Part shown: one piece after another, positions 8,434 through 17,067 of the stretch
How the letters are laid out: the number at the start of each line of letters is the position of its first letter
Numbering within the stretch: the stretch's first letter is position 1
IMG/VR virus record: IMGVR_UViG_3300048853_000032
Location: 1-43,714 of that record
DNA length: 43,714 nucleotides
Strand: one strand, 5' to 3'
Source of the DNA: a virus
Lineage: Duplodnaviria > Caudoviricetes
Program-made: the position numbers and the translations under genes
Notes under the pieces: generated by a model
What the model saw: only the letters and a program-made list of their open reading frames with translations
Databases searched by the model: none
What the model was told of the DNA's origin: nothing

Positions 8434-8646
8434 ATGACGGATCGATATACGAAAACTGTCCTGACGATTATCGCTGCCGCTCTGTGTATTCTGGTCTTCC
8501 AGAATGGCAGCAAGCAGGCCCTGGCCCTTGGCCCGAGCGAATGCGGCACAAGCGACGTGACGCCATGCTTTGTCAGGGTGAAAGGTGCTGTCGAGGTTTA
8601 CGGCGGCGGCGGGGGAATGGATGTGTTCGTGAAGAACTGGCCTTAG
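8434..8646 (+). CDS. Small membrane-anchored or exported protein
   Basis: 70 aa; N-terminal hydrophobic helix; strong RBS; converges on cI. Confidence 0.7.
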   Translation: MTDRYTKTVLTIIAAALCILVFQNGSKQALALGPSECGTSDVTPCFVRVKGAVEVYGGGGGMDVFVKNWP

Positions 8647-9212
8647 ACGCGCGGCGTCATCGCCGTCACCTTAGCGGCCCAAACCAATTCGGCGTTCTCG
8701 ATCGGGCTTTCCGTCTGCGAGAGAAGGTGAAACTTGCCGGGCTCGCTGCCTCGCATCAGCTTCTTCACCAGAACCTTGCCTTCCAGGGTCTCGACGACAC
8801 ACAGCTGCCCCATGAGATCCGGCGTTACCGGGTTGCGCACGTCATCGTAGAAGACAAGCCATTGATGGAAGAATGGGCCAACCGAGTCGCCGTTGATCTC
8901 TAGGCCGACGGTGTCGTCATTGCCGTTCGGCGGGAGAGGCACTTCCTCGAAATCTTCATGGGCATCAGCATAGAAGTGCGCCTCGGCGCCAGCTCCAACG
9001 CGGCCGATAATGCGCGTCGTCTTGCGCTGTGAAATGATGTCGGCCTCGTCGACGTTGAACGCTCGAGCTGCGCGAGCGATGTAATCCTCAGTCAGACGGC
9101 GCTCGCCGCGCTCCAATTTCACATAGAAACTGCGCGAAATCATCATCAGGTCCGCGGCCTGCTGGAACGTCAATCCGGAACGGGTGCGCAGTAATTTCAG
9201 ATTGTTAGCCAT
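8643..9212 (-). CDS. cI: CI-type repressor (XRE HTH plus S24 autopeptidase)
   Basis: HTH at the N-terminus, VGAG cleavage site, GDSV Ser and VKKL Lys; start trimmed to ATG 9212. Confidence 0.92.
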   Translation of the reverse strand: MANNLKLLRTRSGLTFQQAADLMMISRSFYVKLERGERRLTEDYIARAARAFNVDEADIISQRKTTRIIGRVGAGAEAHFYADAHEDFEEVPLPPNGNDDTVGLEINGDSVGPFFHQWLVFYDDVRNPVTPDLMGQLCVVETLEGKVLVKKLMRGSEPGKFHLLSQTESPIENAELVWAAKVTAMTPRV

Positions 9213-9302
9213 AATGTGTACCTTTGCCCCAAAGGGGCTCGGCTGTCGCGCCCCAATTTGTGTATGAAATTTGTTGACGGATGTACCCATTCCGGGGATA
9301 CT
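9206..9302 (+). promoter_or_regulatory. OR operator region and PR promoter
   Basis: TTGACG (9274)-N17-GATACT (9297); operator-like 15-mers at 9206-9220, 9250-9264 and 9284-9298 resemble the PL operators. Confidence 0.8.
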
Positions 9303-9311
9303 TACGGCATC

Positions 9312-9515
9312 ATGAAACTCAATTCGTATCTCAAAGACCCCGACAATCTCGACGAGGCAGCTTTCGCCGCAGCGTGTGGCGTCAGCGTCTCGTGCGTCCG
9401 CAAGTGGCGCTATGGTGACCGGTTCCCCCGCGCTCACCACCTGCTCAAGATCGAGGCCGTCACCGGTGGCCTGGTCACTGCGAATGACTTTGCCCAAGCG
9501 GCTGAGGTGGCCTGA
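9312..9515 (+). CDS. cro: Cro-like HTH protein
   Basis: 67 aa FAAACGVSVSCVRKWRYGDRFPR...IEAVTGGLVTANDF; divergent from cI. Confidence 0.85.
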   Translation: MKLNSYLKDPDNLDEAAFAAACGVSVSCVRKWRYGDRFPRAHHLLKIEAVTGGLVTANDFAQAAEVA

Positions 9516-9889
9516 TGAGTGCACAATCTACTTTTTTTGGCGCAGGTGGATTCACCAAGAACCGCAACAGGATTCGGTGTGTTGACGCCGTGTGCGACAT
9601 GGCTCGCCGTCTGTGGCCTTCGAAAACTGCCATCAACCTGTCGAGCCGCGCCGAAATATCGAAGCGCGCCGCCGAGCTCTGGCTCGAGGGCCGAACCGAG
9701 CCGGGTGCCGATGCCCTGGTCAACCTTCTCCGCTCCGATGCCGGCTTCGCGCTGCTGCAGTCCATCATGGAAGGTTCCGGAACACGCTGGTGGAAGGAAT
9801 TCGAGCGCGGCGTCCTGATCGCGGAACTCGAGCAGAAGCAGGAATTCCTGCGTCAGCAGCTCGATCAGCTCAAGGAAGGAATGAAGTGA
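9515..9889 (+). CDS. Putative CII-position regulator
   Basis: 124 aa, HTH-like with a C-terminal coiled coil; directly after cro. Confidence 0.65.
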   Translation: MSAQSTFFGAGGFTKNRNRIRCVDAVCDMARRLWPSKTAINLSSRAEISKRAAELWLEGRTEPGADALVNLLRSDAGFALLQSIMEGSGTRWWKEFERGVLIAELEQKQEFLRQQLDQLKEGMK

Positions 9890-10011
9890 TGCGCGAGTTC
9901 GTCGCCGATCGCCTGCTTTGGGCGTCCACCTGTCTCTATCTCGGTTCGGTCTGGTGCAAGAACGCTGCGCTTGATCTGTTGGCTCGCCGCCGCAGGACGG
10001 GAGCACGCTGA
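9889..10011 (+). CDS. Small hypothetical protein (40 aa)
   Basis: TGATG coupling on both ends; AAGGA RBS. Confidence 0.55.
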   Translation: MREFVADRLLWASTCLYLGSVWCKNAALDLLARRRRTGAR

Positions 10012-10100
10012 TGCTGGGCCTCCTCGCAACCGGCCTGTTTCTCGCGGTGCTGATCGGCCTGATGTTTGCCGCACTCGATGCGCAGTTCGGCGGTCGCTGA
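10011..10100 (+). CDS. 29-aa single-TM peptide
   Basis: MLGLLATGLFLAVLIGLMFAALDAQFGGR; TGATG coupling; GGAG RBS. Confidence 0.55.
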   Translation: MLGLLATGLFLAVLIGLMFAALDAQFGGR

Positions 10101-10102
10101 TC

Positions 10103-10321
10103 TTGCCCGCCCTCCGTCCTATTCGCCGCTTCTGCACGTCATGCGGCCTCACCCTTAACGCCGGCCTCGTCTGCGAAGACTGCGGATATGAGCCGGCGCA
10201 AATCGATCTCGATTGCCAACACGCGATCGAAGCAACGCCGGGCGCCCTTCATCTCATCCGATCCACTGCCCGGCGGTTCAACCGTAGGAGCGATGGAAAT
10301 GAAAGAAGAAAGTACCGTTGA
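10103..10321 (+). CDS. Small zinc-ribbon hypothetical protein
   Basis: CTSC...CEDC; TTG start immediately after the previous stop. Confidence 0.4.
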   Translation: MPALRPIRRFCTSCGLTLNAGLVCEDCGYEPAQIDLDCQHAIEATPGALHLIRSTARRFNRRSDGNERRKYR

Positions 10322-10820
10322 GCTCGCCTCGGATACGCTCTCGGGCGATCTGCGCGATGCAATGCTGACGCACATCAGGAGCATGGAAACGCCCTGGTCG
10401 AAGATGAGCGAGCGCCAGCAGCAGGACAAGATTTACGCCATCAGTAACGCTGCGAGTGACGTGGTTCGCCGTGCAGTCCGCATGATCGCGGCCGATCAGC
10501 ACGACGTGCTCGAAGTGAACGTCGCTAAGTTCACCGTCGCCGACAAGATCAAGATGGATGTCGTCGGCAACGTCACGACGCCGAACATCGAAACGCTCGC
10601 CGACAACCGCGGACGCGCTGCGCTCCTGATCTTCATGTCGATCTCCGATTACATGGGCGAGCGCGAGGAGGCCAGGGCCGAACCGGATCAGCCCGACATT
10701 CCTTTCGACGACGAAGACGACGACGCGACGGAAACCGAGCCTGAAGCCGAGACGGCCGAAACTGCGGATCTGCCGGAAGTCGATCCGTCTGGTGCTCCTG
10801 CTGCTGAAGCGGCGGAATGA
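10293..10820 (+). CDS. Phage hypothetical protein with an acidic tail
   Basis: AGGAG RBS; 175 aa; coupled to rusA. Confidence 0.8.
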   Translation: MEMKEESTVELASDTLSGDLRDAMLTHIRSMETPWSKMSERQQQDKIYAISNAASDVVRRAVRMIAADQHDVLEVNVAKFTVADKIKMDVVGNVTTPNIETLADNRGRAALLIFMSISDYMGEREEARAEPDQPDIPFDDEDDDATETEPEAETAETADLPEVDPSGAPAAEAAE

Positions 10821-11263
10821 TCATGTCGGCGCGGATCAAGTTCACCATTCCTGGCGACGTTGTGCCTTGGGCTCGTGCCGGCGGCGGTAAGACTGTCGTC
10901 AAGTTCACGCCCAAGCGCCAGCGCGACTACATGGGGATGATCCGCGCCGAAGCCCATCGGCAAATGAAAGCGTTCCCGGGTCCGCTTACTGGCCCGCTGC
11001 AGCTCAAAATCGCCGCTGTCTACCTTTGGCCCAAGTCCACCACGAAGGCGCGCATTGCCGCTGCCGACGGTGCTTGGAAGACGACGAAGCCCGATAGCGA
11101 CAACATCACGAAGATCATCAAGGACGCGCTCAACACCATCGCCTACGTCGACGATGCGCAGATCGCATTCTCCACCTGCTGGAAAATTCTCGGGCCCAAA
11201 GCCGGACTCGTCGTCGAGGTCATCAGCCTCGAAGGCATTCCCGCGCCCGTCATCAACCTGTGA
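10817..11263 (+). CDS. rusA: RusA-family Holliday junction resolvase
   Basis: KPDSDNITKIIKDALNTIAYVDDAQI. Confidence 0.92.
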   Translation: MIMSARIKFTIPGDVVPWARAGGGKTVVKFTPKRQRDYMGMIRAEAHRQMKAFPGPLTGPLQLKIAAVYLWPKSTTKARIAAADGAWKTTKPDSDNITKIIKDALNTIAYVDDAQIAFSTCWKILGPKAGLVVEVISLEGIPAPVINL

Positions 11264-11270
11264 GGCAATC

Positions 11271-11774
11271 ATGAGCGAATGGACAGACGAGCGTATCGAG
11301 CAACTGAAAAAGCTGCAGGCGGGCGGACATAGCGCCGCTCAGATCGCGAAGATGCTCGGCGGTGTCACCCGCAATGCCGTCATCGGCAAGATCCACCGTC
11401 TCGGCCTTGATCCGATGGCAAAGCCGCGTGCATCTTCCATGCCGCGCGCCGTGAAGATGATGATCAAGAAGGCGCCTAAGGCCGTGGCACAGCCGAAGGT
11501 GAAGCCTGCCGCTCCTCCGCCTCCTCCGCTCCGCCCGGTCATCGAATCCGTTGCGCGTCCGAAGCCGCTGTTGAAGCGGATCAGGGATGCCGATTGGGAT
11601 GGTCAGCACGAATGCCGCTGGCCTGTCGAGGGCGAGAAGGAAAACACGCGGTTCTGCTGCTATCCTGTCTCGGGTGACTCCTCCTACTGCGAGTATCATC
11701 GCCGTGCAGCTCGCGGACACGGCACTGAAAGCGAGCGCCGTGTTGCTCCTCTGCCGGTCAAGAGGGTCGCGTGA
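11271..11774 (+). CDS. gcrA: GcrA-family transcription regulator
   Basis: WTDERIEQLKKL...SAAQIA...GGVTRNAVIGKIHRLGL and C-terminal CRWP...FC...YCEYH. Confidence 0.92.
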   Translation: MSEWTDERIEQLKKLQAGGHSAAQIAKMLGGVTRNAVIGKIHRLGLDPMAKPRASSMPRAVKMMIKKAPKAVAQPKVKPAAPPPPPLRPVIESVARPKPLLKRIRDADWDGQHECRWPVEGEKENTRFCCYPVSGDSSYCEYHRRAARGHGTESERRVAPLPVKRVA

Positions 11775-12301
11775 TGGGAAAGCGATCCTCCTTCGCTCGT
11801 ATCGATCGTGACGCGTATCAGACAATCGATCCGCGTGCCGTCGTTAAGCTGATCCCGCATTTGCGTGGCATCCGCACGTTTGCCGAGCCTTGTGCCGGTG
11901 AAGGCTATCTTGTCGGCGAGTTGCAGCGTCACGGCCTCATCTGCGCCTATGAAGGTGACATCACGACGGGGCTCGATGCGCTTGTGCATCCCTTCGACGA
12001 GGAAGCCGTCTTCGACGCGATCATCAGCAACGTGCCGTGGGAGCGCTCGATCCTTCACGCGATGATCCTGCGCTTCCAGGCGATGGCGCCGACGTGGCTC
12101 CTGTTCGATGCCGATTGGGCCCACACCAAGCAGGCCGCGCCGTTCCTCGATCAGTGCAGCCACATCATCAGCGTCGGCCGGCTGAAATGGATTCCCGGTT
12201 CGCCGCACACCAGCAAGGACAATTGCGCCTGGTACCGCTTCCACGCTCAGCACGTCGGCGGTCCTCGCTTCGTCGGGCGTGAGGTGAAGGCGCATGCTTG
12301 A
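11771..12301 (+). CDS. Small SAM-dependent amino-methyltransferase (probably DNA N6-adenine)
   Basis: YQT, FAEPCAGEG (motif I) and IISNVPW (variant motif IV). Confidence 0.8.
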   Translation: MMGKRSSFARIDRDAYQTIDPRAVVKLIPHLRGIRTFAEPCAGEGYLVGELQRHGLICAYEGDITTGLDALVHPFDEEAVFDAIISNVPWERSILHAMILRFQAMAPTWLLFDADWAHTKQAAPFLDQCSHIISVGRLKWIPGSPHTSKDNCAWYRFHAQHVGGPRFVGREVKAHA

Positions 12302-12680
12302 AGCCGTCTCCTATCACGCTGTTATCCGCTATCTCGAGCGCGTGCTTGGCCTGCCTGTGTCCGACTGGCTCGCCGACGTTGGTGATGTAGCCGAAAACCT
12401 GAAGGCGGAATTCTGCTGCGAGCGTGCGGGGCTGCCTGTGTCGGCAGTGCGCCAATCGGTCCTCATTGAGCCCGTTCTCAGCGTGATCAGGGCCGGCTTC
12501 AAGCAGGTGATCGTTCGTCATGAGGGTTTCGCCTACGTGGTGCGCGCCGGCAAGGTGGTGACCATCGTCACCGAGCGCATGCGCGACGAGAAGACGAGCC
12601 AGCTCGGCAAGGTGAAGCATGTGAGCCACCGCGAGGCTAAGCGCAACATGAACCGCCGTCGCCGACGGATGCGGAAGTGA
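12294..12680 (+). CDS. Hypothetical protein
   Basis: 128 aa; VSYHAVIRYLERV; basic C-terminus. Confidence 0.75.
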   Translation: MLEAVSYHAVIRYLERVLGLPVSDWLADVGDVAENLKAEFCCERAGLPVSAVRQSVLIEPVLSVIRAGFKQVIVRHEGFAYVVRAGKVVTIVTERMRDEKTSQLGKVKHVSHREAKRNMNRRRRRMRK

Positions 12681-12687
12681 GGCGCTG

Positions 12688-13404
12688 ATGAGCGTTACCG
12701 CCGCTATTCGTCGTATGCTCGCCGCCGGTCTCACGATCGAGCAGGCGCTTATTGCTGCCGAGGCTTTCGAGGTTGAATCCGCGCCTCAAGAGCCGATGCG
12801 CACAAAGCGGCAGGAGCGCAACAAGCGGTATTACGAGCGTCTTAAAGCGTCTGAAAAGCGTCTCAACTCAGACGATCAAGACGTTTCAGACGGTGATGCC
12901 CCTTCCTCTTCCCCTGTCCCCCTTGGTCCCCCCTCCCAGACCCTCCCCCCTATAATCCCCCAAACCCCATCTCCAACCCCGGAAAAAAAACGCGCGACGC
13001 GACTTCCGGTCGATTGGGTTCTGCCGGGGTCATGGGGGAAGTGGGCGCTCGATCAGGGCTATTCCGAAGCATCCATCCGGCTCGAAGCCGACAAGTTTCG
13101 CGATTTCTGGTGCTCCAAAGCCGGAAAGGACGCCACAAAGCTCGATTGGCTCATGACCTGGCGCAACTGGATGCGCAACAGCAGCAGCTCTCGCGGGCCG
13201 CCGGCCAGTGTCGGCGCGGACGGATTGGCCCGGGATGCGCAGGGCCGGGTGAGCATGGCGGATTTCACGTCGAAGATTTTGGAACAGGCAAGGCAGCTCG
13301 AAAATGACGAAGGACGCACGATTGAGGCCAGCTACGAGCGTGGAACTGGCAACCGAGCTCAACAAGCTCTTCCGCTCCCTCGAGCTGAAGAGTGGGAGCC
13401 CTGA
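12688..13404 (+). CDS. Phage replication initiator-like protein
   Basis: RQERNKRYYER, a Pro-rich linker and C-terminal RATRLPVDW...KFRDFW...KLDWLMTWRNWMR. Confidence 0.75.
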   Translation: MSVTAAIRRMLAAGLTIEQALIAAEAFEVESAPQEPMRTKRQERNKRYYERLKASEKRLNSDDQDVSDGDAPSSSPVPLGPPSQTLPPIIPQTPSPTPEKKRATRLPVDWVLPGSWGKWALDQGYSEASIRLEADKFRDFWCSKAGKDATKLDWLMTWRNWMRNSSSSRGPPASVGADGLARDAQGRVSMADFTSKILEQARQLENDEGRTIEASYERGTGNRAQQALPLPRAEEWEP

Positions 13405-13858
13405 GCAGAAGATCGAGGGCTATCTGATCGCGCTCGAAGGCGCCTCGCACTACGCGCTGACGACGGCCATCGCCAAAATCATTCGCGGCGAAATTCCGGA
13501 TCTCTCGCGCAAGTTCTGCCCGACGCCTCCTGAACTCGGCGCCGTCATCCGGTCGGAAATGGAGTTCGTGCAAAAGCAGATCGATCTGGCCCAGGAGCGC
13601 ATTCAGCTCGAGGACAAGCGGCCGGTCGTCGCCCCTACGAAGCTGCTGCACGAGCGCATTGCAGATGCAGAACGGCAGATGGCGGCGGAAGAACGCGGGC
13701 TGCTGTTCAAGGTGGTGTCTCACGCGGACATGCTGTCACGTCGAAGGGAAATCCCGCCGTTCGGTAAGTACGTGGCTATCCTCGGTGCGGTTTACGGCCC
13801 GCCGGGCTCTGCGGCGGTCGCCGCTCCTCCTCCGATCGACGACGAAATTCCTTGGTGA
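13304..13858 (+). CDS. Putative helicase-loader/replication P-like protein
   Basis: 184 aa; KFCPTPPEL motif; follows the initiator. Confidence 0.6.
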   Translation: MTKDARLRPATSVELATELNKLFRSLELKSGSPEQKIEGYLIALEGASHYALTTAIAKIIRGEIPDLSRKFCPTPPELGAVIRSEMEFVQKQIDLAQERIQLEDKRPVVAPTKLLHERIADAERQMAAEERGLLFKVVSHADMLSRRREIPPFGKYVAILGAVYGPPGSAAVAAPPPIDDEIPW

Positions 13859-13906
13859 CGTGGCGGGCGATGTCCGCATTTGGCTGGCAATGGCAGGGTG
13901 AAAGTT

Positions 13907-14410
13907 ATGGGGATGATGCAGAAAACGGATATTTTGCTTAAGGCTGGCGACGTGTTGGACCGGTACGGCATATCGGAACGGACGCTGGCGCGCTGGTGCA
14001 AGGGTGAGGCGTTCCCGAAGGCCATCATGATCAACGGCAAGCGCTATTTCAAGAAATCGGAGCTCGATGCGTTCGACGAGGCGCAGGCTGGGCGCGATCT
14101 GAGCCAACCGGAAACGGCGCTGGGCCTGGCCGTCGTCTCTGGCGTCATCCAGTCTTACGAGGAATTCGTGAGCGCCATGAAGGCGCGGCGGCTCGATCTC
14201 AAGCTGTCGAGCATGGAGACCGAAGCGAAGTCCGGCCTGCAGGAAGGCTACATTCCGAAGTTGGAAAACCCCGGCAAGAAATATGGCCGCGGAGTCGGTC
14301 CTGATACGATGCCGCTGTGGCTCGGTGGGCTGCGGGTGGGGATTGTCCTCGTCGACTTACCGCGCCGGCCGCGCATCAAGAAGCAGGACGCGAAGGCGGC
14401 TGAAGCTTAA
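13907..14410 (+). CDS. AlpA/Xis-like wHTH fused to a second HTH-like domain
   Basis: VLDRYGISERTLARW...FPKAIMINGKRYFKKSELDAF, then ARRLDLKLSSMETEAKSGLQEGYIPKLE. Confidence 0.78.
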   Translation: MGMMQKTDILLKAGDVLDRYGISERTLARWCKGEAFPKAIMINGKRYFKKSELDAFDEAQAGRDLSQPETALGLAVVSGVIQSYEEFVSAMKARRLDLKLSSMETEAKSGLQEGYIPKLENPGKKYGRGVGPDTMPLWLGGLRVGIVLVDLPRRPRIKKQDAKAAEA

Positions 14411-14609
14411 GCGAGATATTCTTTCCGCCGCATTTGCTGCATTTAACGTGGCCGGTGACATCGATATGGTGTTGCCGGCCAAGCTTTTTCACGAACGGCT
14501 CAACAGAAATCAGCGCGCCACGTTCGCAACCACGGCACCACACATTGAAGCGATAGCCGTCGTCGAGCATCGCTCCGAGCGTGTCTATGGCGATATGTCC
14601 GCTGCTCAC
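14376..14609 (-). CDS. Small zinc-ribbon protein
   Basis: 77 aa; CRGC and CSKC. Confidence 0.7.
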   Translation of the reverse strand: MSSGHIAIDTLGAMLDDGYRFNVWCRGCERGALISVEPFVKKLGRQHHIDVTGHVKCSKCGGKNISLKLQPPSRPAS

Positions 14610-14615
14610 CGCACC

Positions 14616-14996
14616 CTATCTCTCACGCACTCGAATTGACGGCGTTCGGCTAAAGCCGAAAGGGTAAGCCGTATTGGTGCCGCAGGACGGGCACTCATAG
14701 ACTGGCTTATTGGTCCTCGTTTTCGCGTCTTCGATGGTTCCGACGGTGAGCATGATGACTGGAGGGAACGAGCATTTGCAGAGATGATAGCCGAGCGCCT
14801 GCGCAATTTGGGCCTCTGCTATGGCTAGTTGCTTCTCGGAGCTCTCAATGGCAACCGCCGCCGCCGCCTTCCTCTCTTCCGGCAGCAGATCCTTGGCATC
14901 CTTGAATACACTGAGCATTTCCCGCATAGCGGCAAAAGCCGACTTCACCGCGCCAGCGCCACGAGCTATCGTTTCTGGATCAAGGTAGTCTGTCAT
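14616..14996 (-). CDS. Hypothetical protein with a C-terminal zinc ribbon
   Basis: 126 aa; helical N-terminus, CKC...CPSC; GGAGG RBS. Confidence 0.75.
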   Translation of the reverse strand: MTDYLDPETIARGAGAVKSAFAAMREMLSVFKDAKDLLPEERKAAAAVAIESSEKQLAIAEAQIAQALGYHLCKCSFPPVIMLTVGTIEDAKTRTNKPVYECPSCGTNTAYPFGFSRTPSIRVRER

Positions 14997-15353
14997 TCAC
15001 TTCCTCCCAAAAAAACGGATCTCAACCGGCACATCCGGGATGATCGACATACTGAGCCAGTCGAAGTCCACGCCCAGGGCGACGGCAGCGCAGGCCAGCC
15101 GGTACCGCTTTATCACCGCCGGATCGATCGGCGCCTTTGTCGCGCGGTTATGCCCTGTTTCGATGTCGGTTATCGACGAGGCGGAAAAGCCGATTGCCTC
15201 GGCCAGCTCGGCGCGCGACATCTTCATGACCTCCTCCCGCCAATACCTGCACCGGATATGCTCTGGCGCGTCGGCTGGCGGTCGTTCCATGGGTTTGCTG
15301 TCCTCGGTGCTGGCTTTCCCGGCAACATGCATATTTCGGGTTACCGTGTCCAC
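14997..15353 (-). CDS. XRE-family HTH regulator
   Basis: WREEVMKMSRAELAEAIGFSASSITDIETG; start uncertain. Confidence 0.8.
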   Translation of the reverse strand: MDTVTRNMHVAGKASTEDSKPMERPPADAPEHIRCRYWREEVMKMSRAELAEAIGFSASSITDIETGHNRATKAPIDPAVIKRYRLACAAVALGVDFDWLSMSIIPDVPVEIRFFGRK

Positions 15354-16177
15354 AGGTGGCCGCCTTCCTGATATGCCGCATCTTTCGCGCGGTTCTCGAT
15401 GATTGACGCATCGCTGCGCTCATGGCCGGTTACGCGCCCGGTCTCGTCTCGTTGGTAAACAGTGCCGAAGGGGCCGGTGCTGAGTTTCAGCTTCTTCTTG
15501 CCGCCCTCGGTAAGCTGCGCCATGCAGACGCGCTCAAGCCATTGCTTGCAGTCCATGTTCGCAGCAGCGATGACAAAATCATCAGGGCAGACCTGAAACG
15601 AGCGATAGCCGGTTTCCGAGATGAACGGCTTATCGAGATCGACGACTCGAGCGTCACCTCCGCATATGCCGAACATGCCAGCATAGGAGAAATCGACCCG
15701 GCATCCGCCAAGCTCGATCACGAAGCGGCCCTTCTGGCCAAACATCGGGATTTCGCCATCGTTGGCGGCCAGGCCGTCCATCAGCCAGCGCCAAGCGTCA
15801 TTCAGGCAGAAGAAGCGACCATTGCCGTCGGGCGGTCCACCTTTCTCGGCTTCCTCCCTTGTCATGCCAAACGCATGCTCGCCGATAGCCTTCAGGTTAT
15901 TCCCGGCGGTGACCATGCCGTCATAGTCAGCAGCTCGCGCCGCGGCATCGTAGGCCTTCAACTCACTCCATGCCCGGTTCAACAGTTCGGCGTCATCGGA
16001 GGGAAGGGATTCGCGATAGGAGAAGCGAGCAATCTGCTTGTTGATCCGCTCGAGCTGCCAAGGTGACAGCTTCTCCTTCTTCGCCTTGGTCTTAGCCAAG
16101 GGCGCGGGCTTCGCGTTCACGGCTGCGGGGATGTCGAAATCGAATGCGAACTGATCGGCGGAAACCTTGCGCGCCAT
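15341..16177 (-). CDS. KlcB-like protein
   Basis: GEIPMFGQKGRFVIE and DLDKPFISETGYRS resemble IncP kilC-operon KlcB as I recall it. Confidence 0.65.
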   Translation of the reverse strand: MARKVSADQFAFDFDIPAAVNAKPAPLAKTKAKKEKLSPWQLERINKQIARFSYRESLPSDDAELLNRAWSELKAYDAAARAADYDGMVTAGNNLKAIGEHAFGMTREEAEKGGPPDGNGRFFCLNDAWRWLMDGLAANDGEIPMFGQKGRFVIELGGCRVDFSYAGMFGICGGDARVVDLDKPFISETGYRSFQVCPDDFVIAAANMDCKQWLERVCMAQLTEGGKKKLKLSTGPFGTVYQRDETGRVTGHERSDASIIENRAKDAAYQEGGHLWTR

Positions 16178-16244
16178 TGCTCAAACCCTCGATGCGATGA
16201 TAAAAGGCGGGCATCCTTTCTGTGAGGATAGCCCTTCGGGGCGG

Positions 16245-16282
16245 GGCGCGGGTGCTGGCAAAACTCCCGCGCCTTTTCGTTT
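16245..16282 (+). terminator. GC-rich hairpin with a plus-strand T tract
   Basis: GGCGCGGG...CCCGCGCC followed by TTTTCGTTT. Confidence 0.5.
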
Positions 16283-16301
16283 CAGTCGTTCAGCCGCCTC
16301 C

Positions 16302-16544
16302 TCAGGCGCTCAACTTCGCATAGGCTTCGGGGCTCTCGTATCGAATGGCGTCACCATCCCACATCGGACCGTACATGCCTTTGAACATCGGCTGCCCCTG
16401 CAGCTCCTCGCGCTGACGCGGGCGGTTGTTGTTGAACCCGGTGAACTCGTGACCGCGAACGGCCATGAATGGAATGAGGTTGTCGGCCTCGACTTCGTGC
16501 GTGAACCACTGGCCTTCGACGAGCTGAATAATGCGGGCTTTCAT
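16302..16544 (-). CDS. Hypothetical protein
   Basis: 80 aa; GGAG RBS. Confidence 0.78.
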   Translation of the reverse strand: MKARIIQLVEGQWFTHEVEADNLIPFMAVRGHEFTGFNNNRPRQREELQGQPMFKGMYGPMWDGDAIRYESPEAYAKLSA

Positions 16545-16615
16545 CGGTAAATCTCCGTTCTGTGAGGTTGTCGGGCTGGCACCCGCATAAGGGCCCGAAG
16601 GCCCTTGCGCTGATG

Positions 16616-17053
16616 TCAGGCGGCAAGCTCCTCTGCTTCGCGGGTCAAGCGGTAGTCGTAGACCTCACGCGGCACGTTGCAGTTCAGATGATGCAGCGTA
16701 CGGATGCCGTCGGCGTCCTCGGTGATCACGCCTTTCGTGTATTGCGCATTGTCCAAGCAAGGCACCAGTTCGCCCCGCAGCGCTTCAAACTCGGCAACGT
16801 CCATGTGGCTGCTGCGCCGGTACGCTCCGATGATCGGCTGGAAGCCATGTGTGCCAGCGTCAGGCAGTTCCTGCGCAATCGTCAGCCCGAGCCGTTCAAG
16901 CCAGCGCATCGCCTGGGCCTTGGTGGCAAACGCGGTGTGGGCCGTCATGCGGCTCTGGACCGTGTACCAGTAGCCGCAGGTGCGCTCATGCTGCTCGCGA
17001 TCCAGTGCGCAGATCGTCAGGCGGTCGAAGGTTTGGGTGTAAGCGTTCGTCAT
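16616..17053 (-). CDS. Hypothetical protein
   Basis: 145 aa from ATG 17053; GGAGG RBS. Confidence 0.78.
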   Translation of the reverse strand: MTNAYTQTFDRLTICALDREQHERTCGYWYTVQSRMTAHTAFATKAQAMRWLERLGLTIAQELPDAGTHGFQPIIGAYRRSSHMDVAEFEALRGELVPCLDNAQYTKGVITEDADGIRTLHHLNCNVPREVYDYRLTREAEELAA

Positions 17054-17067
17054 CGTCTCGCCCTCCC

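Noticed and set aside
9213-9524. N-terminal extension of cI in the ORF track (also the extensions of the ATPase, GcrA, tailspike and endolysin)
   Set aside because: These overlap promoters or neighbouring genes; domain starts and RBS or promoter geometry support the shorter starts.
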